From Bordetella parapertussis (GTDB taxonomy: Bacteria > Pseudomonadota > Gammaproteobacteria > Burkholderiales > Burkholderiaceae_B), in contig CAMCZQ010000065.1 in the NCBI GenBank assembly GCA_945887835.1, positions 1-17,262 of the forward strand: a stretch of 17,262 bases of DNA, read 5' to 3'. Shown here in pieces: positions 1 through 7,096 of the stretch. Both the position numbers and the translations under genes were made by a program. The first letter of the stretch is position 1; every line of letters begins with the position of its first letter. The notes under the pieces were generated by a model that was given only the letters and a program-made list of their open reading frames with translations, was not told the DNA's origin and made no database searches.

Positions 1-828
1 GGCATGGATGTTTTTATAAAAGTCGAAGGCCATCGGTGGCTGATAATGAACCCCGCCAGGGTTCAAACCGGTCTTCAGTACTGCCGCAATTTTTTCGTCT
101 GACCAACTCTTTAAGCCCGTTTCATCCGGCGTTAGATTTCTTGAAACACTGGCACCCCAAGGCCCTTTGAAAATCTGACCACCTGCACCGGTGAACTGAT
201 TTTGTAGTTTGCCCTGCTCATCTCTTGGGTTATGGCAATCCATGCAATGCGCAATGTTTACCAAATATTTGCCGTACAAAAGTTGATCCCTCGGGTTGGG
301 CGCGTCAATGACTACCGTAATCGGTGGCCCATAGTTTTCTGGCAGTGAGGCCCGATACTGCGCCGCTGGAACTTTATTTTGAATCGGTGGTTGTGCCCGA
401 AGGTAGGTGATGATGGCGTGCAAGTCTTTGTCAGAAAAGTTTCGATAAAACGATATCGGCATGGGCGGCCCGATCACGCTGTTATCGGGTCGAACGCCTT
501 CGCGAATGGATCTTACTAGCTGTGCGTCGGTCCAACCGCCAATCCCAGTTGCCAGATCGGGGGTAATGTTAGGGGCGTAGACCTTGAACATGGGCTCATC
601 AAAAAGCTGTCCGCCAGATAAGCTTCGTTGAAAGGCCGGGGTCGTTGCTTCGTTTGGTGTTGCATGACAGTTGCCGCAACCAACTAAACCTTCCATGAGG
701 TATTTGCCCCGCAAGAAGCCTTCTGAGTCTTGCGCGCTAGAGATCGGTAAGACAAAAAAGGCGCTGCACAGAGTGCCTAGAATCATCATCGACCAACTGC
801 AGCCAAAGCGTTGAGTCATCATTAACAT
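1..828 (-). CDS. c-type cytochrome, multi-haem (resembles cytochrome c subunits of membrane-bound dehydrogenases); C-terminus runs off the window
   Basis: Minus-strand open frame from ATG at 828-826 (GGAG at 840-837, 8-nt spacer) to position 1, 276 codons, in frame to the window edge. It is missing from the track because it has no in-window stop. My translation starts MLMMTQRFGCSWSMMILGTLCSAFFVLPISSAQD (signal-peptide-like). It contains two CXXCH haem motifs (CGNCH, CMDCH) and the block YAPNITPDLATGIGGWTDAQLVRSIREGVRPD typical of this family. Confidence 0.85.
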   Translation of the reverse strand, partial: MLMMTQRFGCSWSMMILGTLCSAFFVLPISSAQDSEGFLRGKYLMEGLVGCGNCHATPNEATTPAFQRSLSGGQLFDEPMFKVYAPNITPDLATGIGGWTDAQLVRSIREGVRPDNSVIGPPMPISFYRNFSDKDLHAIITYLRAQPPIQNKVPAAQYRASLPENYGPPITVVIDAPNPRDQLLYGKYLVNIAHCMDCHNPRDEQGKLQNQFTGAGGQIFKGPWGASVSRNLTPDETGLKSWSDEKIAAVLKTGLNPGGVHYQPPMAFDFYKNIHA

Positions 829-863
829 GATGGCGACTCCTCAAATTTTTATAATTGTTTAAA

Positions 864-1032
864 CCCCAACAAAACATAGGCTAAGCTATGTTCAGTATAG
901 TGCAGCCAGTGCTGTTTTTGACCGACGAGTGTACAGCGGCATCAAAACAACTGTACGACGTGGAGAACCGCATAAATGCTGGTGCCCGGGGCCGGAATCG
1001 AACCGGCACGCCTTGCGGCGGGGGATTTTGAG
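864..1032. repeat. Distal copy of the island-flanking direct repeat (att-type), 169 nt, about 90% identical to 9919-10086
   Basis: Hand alignment against 9919-10086 gives 15 substitutions plus one 1-nt indel. The inner 26 nt (1007-1032 = 10061-10086, CACGCCTTGCGGCGGGGGATTTTGAG) are identical. Similarity ends abruptly at 1033 versus 10087. Confidence 0.9.
980..1032 (-). other. Displaced 3' fragment (53 nt) of a tRNA-Leu(CAA) gene; no 5' half present
   Basis: The reverse complement reads CTCAAAATCCCCCGCCGCAAGGCGTGCCGGTTCGATTCCGGCCCCGGGCACCA. That is anticodon loop, variable arm, T-arm, acceptor 3' strand and CCA. It matches 50/53 nt of the intact tRNA at 10034-10086. Confidence 0.9.
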
Positions 1033-1085
1033 GAAACGGGCACCGCTGCGAGCAAGTAAAATTGGGGTTCTTAAAGCATACTGCA

Positions 1086-1109
1086 TTTTGTACAACGTTT
1101 TGTACAACG
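1086..1109. repeat. Perfect tandem 12-mer TTTTGTACAACG x2; candidate arm-type integrase binding sites at the int-distal island end
   Basis: 1086-1097 and 1098-1109 are identical. The same TGTACAACG core occurs three times between int and the tRNA (9974-9982, 9985-9993, 10006-10014). Confidence 0.6.
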
Positions 1110-1250
1110 CTGCCAATCAACATATATCAGCAACCATAGCACTGTATTCCATTGCTTTCCAAACTACACCAACACCATACAGGCAGGGGATTATTGCCTT
1201 TGGACAAGGCCATGTTGGTTGGTCACTTGGTCTGCGACACATTCACAAAT

Positions 1251-1286
1251 CGTGCAGATAGCAAGTTAGACAATCTGCACGTTTTT
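1251..1286 (+). terminator. Rho-independent-terminator-like hairpin with no upstream gene
   Basis: A perfect 9-bp stem, CGTGCAGAT (1251-1259) with ATCTGCACG (1273-1281), has a 13-nt loop and is followed by TTTTT (1282-1286). Confidence 0.45.
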
Positions 1287-1663
1287 CAGCTGTGATTTGA
1301 CCCAATGGCTAATCAAAACCCCTTGTGCACCACATGATCCCAAAAAGAGTCAATTTTGAAAAAGTTACTTAAGTAACCAATATACAAGCGACGAACGCGA
1401 AAGATTAAGGAATGGACAGATATAAAACGCAAGATTCGTGACTAGTTGAAATGAATGAGCCCTATACTAAAACCACTCGCTCAGCCAAGGATCAGGCTTT
1501 ATAACTGCTTTGGACTACAAATCAGATCAAAGACAGTCCGTAAAAGTAGTCGCGCGACCTTAGTCTGCATGAGAAAATATTTGGACGAGAAGTGTAGGTA
1601 CAGACCTACAGCAGAAACAGAGAAAACTGAGTAGCCTAAAAGAAGATGTGAGCGTGGATAAAA

Positions 1664-4600
1664 ATGAATATTAAAAACTTAGTTCTATTTTCTATCTTGC
1701 TCATATCAAGTACCGTACAAGCGCAGCCCTTTGGAAGCGGTGGTGTGCAGTACATGAAGCCCACGGGCTACTTGAATGAAAGCGTTGGCAGTAGATACTA
1801 TGAAATCAAATGCAACGTGGGTGAAATAGCTCACGTGTTGCATAAACCCAAATCAAATTCTGGCGAAGTTATCAATCAATGGCTGACAGGAGATCAAAGA
1901 CAGGTCTTGGCCTTCTACGCGGGCGCAACAACGGAAGGATTTGCCCAAGCTGCATGCGGCATTGTCAGCAATGCACAAAGTAGGGTTCCAAATGAGGCTG
2001 TGCGAAGCTCTTCATCTACAGTGTCTTCAAACGCGAATGCGCCACTCGCAACGCTTGATGGCAATTGGTACAGCTCACAATGGAAATATGGTTATGTACT
2101 AAAAGATGGGGTAGGCGTTGCTACCAGCACAAACAGTCCTAATTTTCAGGTGGGTCAAAGTATCATTCGTTTAACTGCCACATCAAGTACTACCTTTGTA
2201 GGCCAGCAGGTTTACACAGATGGCAAGTTTTACCAAGTTAACGCCAAGCTACAGACAGATGGACGCTTGTATTTTGAAGGTGAAAAAAATGTAAAGTGGG
2301 TCATGGAGCGCATAGGTGCTCCACCACAGGTTGCTTCACCAACGAGGCCAGCACAAGGTTCTGTAAAAGAAATAACGGACGAGGCAGTCCGCTTAATAAG
2401 AGACAAAAACTATACCAACGCTGAGCAACTGCTGAGGCCGCTTGTCGCGGCAAATAATGGGTATGCACAATACTTGCTTGGACATATTTACGAGAGTGCC
2501 CCACCCCCCTTAAGAAACTACGTGACTGCGGTCGAACTTTACACAAAGTCAGCTAATCAAGGATTCTTGGTTGCAATGCATGCATTAGGTCTAGCATATG
2601 ACAATGCACGAGGAGTGGTGAAAGACGAAGCTTACGCCATCGAAATGTATGCCAAGGCGGCAGGTAAGAACTTTGGTAGATCGCAATATGCACTGGGACT
2701 CAAATATGCTCAAGGCTCTGGTGTCGAAAAAAATCTAGATCAAGCAATTGATCTGCTGCAAAAGGCTGCAAATCAAAATGTGGCTGGAGCGCAACAAAGC
2801 CTAGACCAAGTTAGAGCTGCGAAGCAAAATGCTCCTTCGCAATCGAGTGCACGTGTAGACCTAGAAGAGCTTAGAACTCCTAAGCAAAATGTCCCACCGC
2901 AATCGACTGCACGTGTTGACAACACTGGCGCAGCCGCGCGAAATTCTGACCAAAACAGGCAGAATTTAAATGCTGGTATCGACGCAATTAATAACGAAAA
3001 CTACACGTTAGCTGAAAAAATATTGGCACCATTGGCAATTAACGGCGATCCCAAAGTTCAATATGCATTAGCGGTTGTATATGACAGGGCTTTGCCACCG
3101 CTTCAAAATTATTCGAAGTCCTTCGAGCTCTATTCAAAAGCAGCAAATAGTGGTGATTTAGATGCCCTTTATTCTCTAGCAATGGCATACGACGAGGGCA
3201 GAGGAACAAAAAAGGATGAAGCTCAATCAACAAAGTTATTGATTCGTGCCGTTGATTTGGGTCATAGGCAAGCAATTGTTGACTTAGGCCTGAAGTACGC
3301 GGAAGGACGAGGTGTTGAAAGAAATATTGATGTCGCCATAGAAATGCTGAGAAAGGCTTGGACCCAAAACGTAGAGGGTGCTGGAAAAGCGTATGCGTCT
3401 GCAATGAAGATGAAAGAAGATCTTGAAGCGGAGGCCAGACGCAAGCAGATGCTGGAGCAACAAAGAATTGCAAAAATTGAACAAGAAGAGCGAAATAAGC
3501 AAGAGGCTGCAAGGTTAGAAGAGCGTCGACTAGCGAAAATCGAAGCAGATAAAATTGCAAAAGCTGAGCGAGATCGAGTTGCCAAGATAGAATCAGAAAA
3601 AAATATGCTTGTATTTGATAAAGAGTATCCGCAAGCACCAAAAAGTCGAGGAAGAATCACCTTCACTGAGCTCGGCTATTTTCAGTCACAAGAAGACGCA
3701 TATTCAAAGAGGCAAGAATTGGTTGCGGCAAATACCAGCACGCCTTTTGAAATGCACACGGTTAGGGATGGGTCTTTATGGCGCATAGTTATCAATAATG
3801 ATGTGAAGCATGTTGACGACAAGGACTACGATGAAAAAATCAGGCCATTAATTGAAAATCTAGCCTTCGTTCAATCGAATACTGTGTATAAAAGCGCCAG
3901 ACTTGTGTCTTACACTGAAGGCACTGTCCAAAAAATTCGTAAAAATACTCGAGCTTTCACCCAACCCATTGTAAATGTCACTACGCAGACTGCGGAGTTT
4001 GATTTCTTTTCGTACATTCTGTCATGGGGAATTGGGATTATTGTAGTTGCAATTTTATTCGGGTTCGTACCCGCTGTTATTGGTTACGCGCGCGGACATA
4101 GCCACCGACACATCATCTTACTGATGTGCATATTCGGCGCTTGGACAGGGCTACTGTGGATCGCTGCTTTGATATGGTCTATTTGGCCAATGAACAAAGA
4201 AAACTCGACGACTGGAATACAAATAAACCCAACCCATTCTGAACACAAAGAACCGTCTGAGCGTCAGAACTCAAACGATACGACTGCAAATTCACACGCA
4301 CAGATGAATGAAAAGATTAAAGACGGTTTCAGCAGCGCATCGACTTACGCCTCGGGCTGTGCTCAGGCTATCACCAAGGCTATACGAGTAAATAGCCAAA
4401 CTATCAGAGCAAAGCTATCACGCTCAAACCAAACCGATAGAACTCAAGAACAGGCATCAACCACTAAAGCTTCGGCTCCAGTTAGAGCGTGTTGGATCAC
4501 TCTGTTTATCGCTTGGGCTTGTTTTCTGATTCCTATTATGGGCTTAGGTTTCGTGGGCGCGGCGTTAGCCTCTGCAGCATCTTTCATATCGATTATTGTG

Positions 4601-4711
4601 ATGTTTAAAGGTCAAGTGGGTATAGGCGTTATCCAATTTGTACTTGCTGTCTTGTTTTCACCTCTACTGTATTTTGTCGGCGCCTGGATTTGGTTTATGA
4701 CCCTCAAGTGA
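1664..4711 (+). CDS. Secreted Sel1-repeat protein (1015 aa) with coiled coil, SPOR-like module and C-terminal Imm(superinfection immunity)-like multi-TM anchor
   Basis: Track ORF. Features seen in the translation:
- Signal peptide MNIKNLVLFSILLISSTVQA/QP.
- Two paralogous blocks of Sel1-type repeats at about nt 2369-2811 and 2969-3390. Examples: MHALGLAYDNARGVVKDEAYAIEMYAKAA, QYALGLKYAQGSGVEKNLDQAIDLLQKAA, LYSLAMAYDEGRGTKKDEAQSTKLL, DLGLKYAEGRGVERNIDVAIEMLRKA.
- A K/E/R-rich coiled-coil-like stretch at about 3400-3605.
- ELGYFQSQEDAYSKRQEL...GSLWRIVINN (about 3646-3800), which resembles a SPOR peptidoglycan-binding fold pattern.
- FGFVPAVIGYARGHSHRHIILLMCIFGAWTGLLWIAALIWSIW (4058-4186), which fits the Imm_superinfect signature as I recall it (P-x-[IV]-I-x-x-x-R-x-H ... 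W-T-x-x-x-W-[IV]-x-A-L-[IV]-W).
- Further TM helices at about 4490-4708. Confidence 0.85.
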   Translation: MNIKNLVLFSILLISSTVQAQPFGSGGVQYMKPTGYLNESVGSRYYEIKCNVGEIAHVLHKPKSNSGEVINQWLTGDQRQVLAFYAGATTEGFAQAACGIVSNAQSRVPNEAVRSSSSTVSSNANAPLATLDGNWYSSQWKYGYVLKDGVGVATSTNSPNFQVGQSIIRLTATSSTTFVGQQVYTDGKFYQVNAKLQTDGRLYFEGEKNVKWVMERIGAPPQVASPTRPAQGSVKEITDEAVRLIRDKNYTNAEQLLRPLVAANNGYAQYLLGHIYESAPPPLRNYVTAVELYTKSANQGFLVAMHALGLAYDNARGVVKDEAYAIEMYAKAAGKNFGRSQYALGLKYAQGSGVEKNLDQAIDLLQKAANQNVAGAQQSLDQVRAAKQNAPSQSSARVDLEELRTPKQNVPPQSTARVDNTGAAARNSDQNRQNLNAGIDAINNENYTLAEKILAPLAINGDPKVQYALAVVYDRALPPLQNYSKSFELYSKAANSGDLDALYSLAMAYDEGRGTKKDEAQSTKLLIRAVDLGHRQAIVDLGLKYAEGRGVERNIDVAIEMLRKAWTQNVEGAGKAYASAMKMKEDLEAEARRKQMLEQQRIAKIEQEERNKQEAARLEERRLAKIEADKIAKAERDRVAKIESEKNMLVFDKEYPQAPKSRGRITFTELGYFQSQEDAYSKRQELVAANTSTPFEMHTVRDGSLWRIVINNDVKHVDDKDYDEKIRPLIENLAFVQSNTVYKSARLVSYTEGTVQKIRKNTRAFTQPIVNVTTQTAEFDFFSYILSWGIGIIVVAILFGFVPAVIGYARGHSHRHIILLMCIFGAWTGLLWIAALIWSIWPMNKENSTTGIQINPTHSEHKEPSERQNSNDTTANSHAQMNEKIKDGFSSASTYASGCAQAITKAIRVNSQTIRAKLSRSNQTDRTQEQASTTKASAPVRACWITLFIAWACFLIPIMGLGFVGAALASAASFISIIVMFKGQVGIGVIQFVLAVLFSPLLYFVGAWIWFMTLK

Positions 4712-4793
4712 TACAAGACTAGTAGTTATTCATAAACGATATTACTCTAGCTTTAAATACACCAAGTTTTTTGAGGCAAGGTCAAACAGTAAC

Positions 4794-5353
4794 TTAACTG
4801 TAAATTGAGTTTAAAGTCCAAATTAAACTCAAAGATGTGAAAAAGAAAAACATAGCGACTATCAAGATTCTATCGAACAGTTTAAATATCATACCAGTTG
4901 TGTTGTTAGGTATTATGAACCTAGATGCGACGCTTCCAACAAAAAGCACCAAAATTGTAAAGATGCCCAGCATATGCAGAGAGTCTATTAAGGTGACGGC
5001 TGTTGTTTGTCCGGACTTTGTGTCTGCAAACTGCTGGTTAAATACTACTGCTAGGAGTGCGCCACCAAGTAAGCCGATTCTGGCGCTGAATAAATCATCA
5101 TTGTCGCTGCGCAGAAAGCAAGCAAGTAGTGCAAGTATGACTGAAGCGAACAGACCAAGGGTAACTTTTAAAAATACAAGCGGTGCGTTTCTTTTAAGGT
5201 CAATAACTGTTGTAATTCTAGAATAACCTACAGATACATCATCAATTGTGTATCCAAAGTTAGATCCATATACTTTTTCTGAGGCCTTTGTCTTTCAGCT
5301 TTAGTAGAGCTGCCTTTAGTGCGAGTGGAAGAGGGATACAGTGGCAGAGTCAT
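4794..5353 (-). pseudogene. Probable frameshifted gene for a ~186-aa, 4-TM membrane protein (or a gene needing a -1 shift at an A-run)
   Basis: The minus-strand frame is open for 166 codons (5294-4794, stop TAA at 4796-4794) and shows four hydrophobic helices: LVFLKVTLGLFASVILALLACFL, IGLLGGALLAVVF, MLGIFTILVLFVGSVA, ILIVAMFFFFTSLSLIW. It has no ATG/GTG/TTG before 4973. An ATG at 5353 opens a different frame (MTLPLYPSSTRTKGSSTKAERQRPQKK...) that meets the open frame at the A5 run (5278-5274). Adding one A would join them. Confidence 0.45.
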
Positions 5354-5394
5354 CAGTAATATTGCCAAGCGCACTGTTGAGAGGAGATAACTAA

Positions 5395-5991
5395 ATGAAT
5401 AACAATTATGAAGATGTAGTTCGTGAAAGTTTCAGCAGAATGTCAACTGAGGAGCTTGTCGAAAGAAAAGAACGAGGTAGCCTAACACCCTCAGCTCTGA
5501 ACTCGATTGATAGTGAATTGGTAAAACGTGGTGTTGATCCTCAAAAATATATTGAAACTATCAAAGCTTTTAAAGATGAAGAGAAACTATTTCTTGTAAT
5601 GCCAAATGGTATTAGTGATAGGGAGTTAGCTACTCCATTAATACGTATGGTGGCTCATCTGATAGATGGCATTTTGGGATTATTGATACTGTTCTTGTTC
5701 ATTACAATCTCATCTGATCTCGGTTGGCTAGGCGTCCTTTCATGGATAATTTATTTTTTCTTAAAAGATTCCCTGCCAAATGGACAATCTTTAGGAAAAT
5801 ATATTTTTAGAATACAAACGATTGGCTTTAAAAACAAAACACCGTGTACATTAATGCAGGCTCTTTATCGAAATATATTTTTGCTTATTCCTTTTGTTGG
5901 AGTTGTCGATGCCCTAATGATTTTTGGTCGTCACCACCAGCGACTAGGAGATCGTATTGCAGATACGGTTGTAGTTAAATCAAGAAAATAA
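5395..5991 (+). CDS. RDD-family membrane protein with a ~80-aa soluble N-terminal extension
   Basis: Track ORF of 198 aa, with a GAGGAG Shine-Dalgarno a few nt upstream of the ATG. The C-terminal part, LIRMVAHLIDGILGLLILFLF...GQSLGKYIFRIQTIG...HQRLGDRIADTVVVK, fits the RDD domain pattern (R..D..D, 3 TM). Confidence 0.8.
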   Translation: MNNNYEDVVRESFSRMSTEELVERKERGSLTPSALNSIDSELVKRGVDPQKYIETIKAFKDEEKLFLVMPNGISDRELATPLIRMVAHLIDGILGLLILFLFITISSDLGWLGVLSWIIYFFLKDSLPNGQSLGKYIFRIQTIGFKNKTPCTLMQALYRNIFLLIPFVGVVDALMIFGRHHQRLGDRIADTVVVKSRK

Positions 5992-5999
5992 ATTTTCGT

Positions 6000-6578
6000 T
6001 TAATAAACCAATTCAACAGCCTTGCGTTTCTGGTCATCATTTACGTCTATGTAGGCTTGCGTAGTAGCGATGGAGCGATGACCTGCCAAGCTTGCAAGCA
6101 CACGTACTGAGATACCTTGTGCAGCCAAATTCGTAATGAATGTGCGACGTGTGGAGTGACTACTTGCACCAATTACGCCTGCTCGCTTGTACAAGTAATG
6201 GAAGTGCTGCGTAAGCGTGTTTGCAGTAAAACCATCGCTTGTGCTTTTTTGCGAATAAAATAGCTTGTCACTCGTGCGGTTGAATTTCGTAACTGCAATG
6301 TACACAGTCAATTCTTTGCGTAGCTTTTCGCTGACAAAAACTGTACGTGCGTGTCGTCCCTTTGTTTGATCTGCACGCAGTTGAAATTCGCTGCGTACAA
6401 GACGCTCGTTATCAACAACATCTGCAACACGTAAGCTTGCTGCTTCGCCTACACGCAGTCCTGCGTAATACATCAATAATAAAACGGCACGATTGCGTGC
6501 TGCGTGTTTGCGTGTTGCCACGTAATCTAAAACGCGACGCAACTCAACGGCTGTGAGTGTTTTGGCTTGCTTGCTCAT
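6000..6578 (-). CDS. Short (192-aa) catalytic-domain-only tyrosine recombinase, FimB/FimE-like in size and pattern
   Basis: I place the start at the internal ATG 6578 (MSKQAKTLT...), which has GGGAGA about 9 nt upstream. The track's longer 225-aa start has no such signal. Catalytic signature: AGLRVGE (Arg I), HSTRRTF (His-x-x-Arg), GHRSIATTQAYIDV (His/Tyr). There is no N-terminal core-binding or arm-binding domain. Confidence 0.85.
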   Translation of the reverse strand: MSKQAKTLTAVELRRVLDYVATRKHAARNRAVLLLMYYAGLRVGEAASLRVADVVDNERLVRSEFQLRADQTKGRHARTVFVSEKLRKELTVYIAVTKFNRTSDKLFYSQKSTSDGFTANTLTQHFHYLYKRAGVIGASSHSTRRTFITNLAAQGISVRVLASLAGHRSIATTQAYIDVNDDQKRKAVELVY

Positions 6579-6788
6579 TTTGCGCTTTCTCCCTAACCAA
6601 AGGCTGGCTATGGAATAAGCGTAATTTCTTATTTTGCTTTGGACGACCTTTTTTTGATTTGTGTGTGGCAAATGCAATTCCTTATTAAATTCATACGGTT
6701 AACAGACCTACGGATGCTATATGTAAGGTTTGTACTAAATCCTTATATTTCTATTTATGAAATTTGTTGTGGTCATGTGGGATTTAGA

Positions 6789-6805
6789 ACACATAAACAG
6801 CAGCG
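6789..6805. repeat. Left arm of a long-range inverted repeat (ACACATAAACAGCAGCG)
   Basis: Its reverse complement, CGCTGCTGTTTATGTGT, matches 7433-7450 (CGCTGCCTGTTTATGTGT) as an exact 11-mer plus an exact 6-mer across a 1-nt gap. Confidence 0.5.
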
Positions 6806-7050
6806 AAGCCTTACAAACCCTATACGCTGCTCGCAGTTCGCTCAGCTACTCGTATATCCATTGCGACTATTTAAACGTGTGCAGCTTGTTTTAAGCATCG
6901 TGCGTGCTTGTGCTGCAATTGCGTGGGTATATGTTTAGTGCTGTCACTTGCCCTATAAACATATGCCTTGCTGTGGTCGCGAACAATACGGATTTGGGTG
7001 CATACTAAAAGGTTTGATTAGATGATTATGTAATTGATTCAGTTACTACA

Positions 7051-7096
7051 GCGAACTTGCGTTCGCTTGCGATGTCACTTCGTTCATCGCATTTTT
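7051..7096 (+). terminator. Double hairpin followed by a T-tract (terminator-like or structured RNA end) inside the ORF-free spacer
   Basis: First hairpin: GCGAAC-TTGC-GTTCGC (7051-7066). Second hairpin: TGCGATG (7068-7074) with CATCGCA (7085-7091) and a 10-nt loop. TTTTT (7092-7096) and CTTCTTCTT follow. Confidence 0.35.

Noticed and set aside
881-1261. Track ORFs 881-1123(-), 892-1116(-) and 929-1261(+)
   Set aside because: They lie across the tRNA fragment and att repeat and the non-coding island end. Their translations are Arg/Pro/Cys-rich junk. The equivalent ORFs at 9882-10085 and 9953-10264 arise simply from the duplicated tRNA sequence.
2301-3666. Antisense ORFs inside the giant gene (2301-2546, 3039-3641, 3262-3666, 3284-3502, all minus)
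   Set aside because: They are the reverse frames of the Sel1 and K/E-rich coiled-coil coding sequence. GAA/AAG-rich sense codons give stop-poor antisense frames. Their translations are Leu/Ser/Phe-rich with no domain features.
4837-5226. Plus-strand 129-aa ORF as a real gene
   Set aside because: It has a GTG start without a Shine-Dalgarno and an S/R/K-rich non-globular translation. The opposite strand shows four clean TM helices, so this ORF is most likely the antisense shadow.
6347-6938. Track ORFs 6347-6556(+) and 6639-6938(+), and the 33-codon N-terminal extension of the short recombinase (to 6677)
   Set aside because: The first ORF is antisense to the recombinase. The second starts with a non-ATG codon and translates to junk. 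The recombinase extension lacks a ribosome-binding site, whereas the ATG at 6578 has GGGAGA upstream and gives a FimB-like length.
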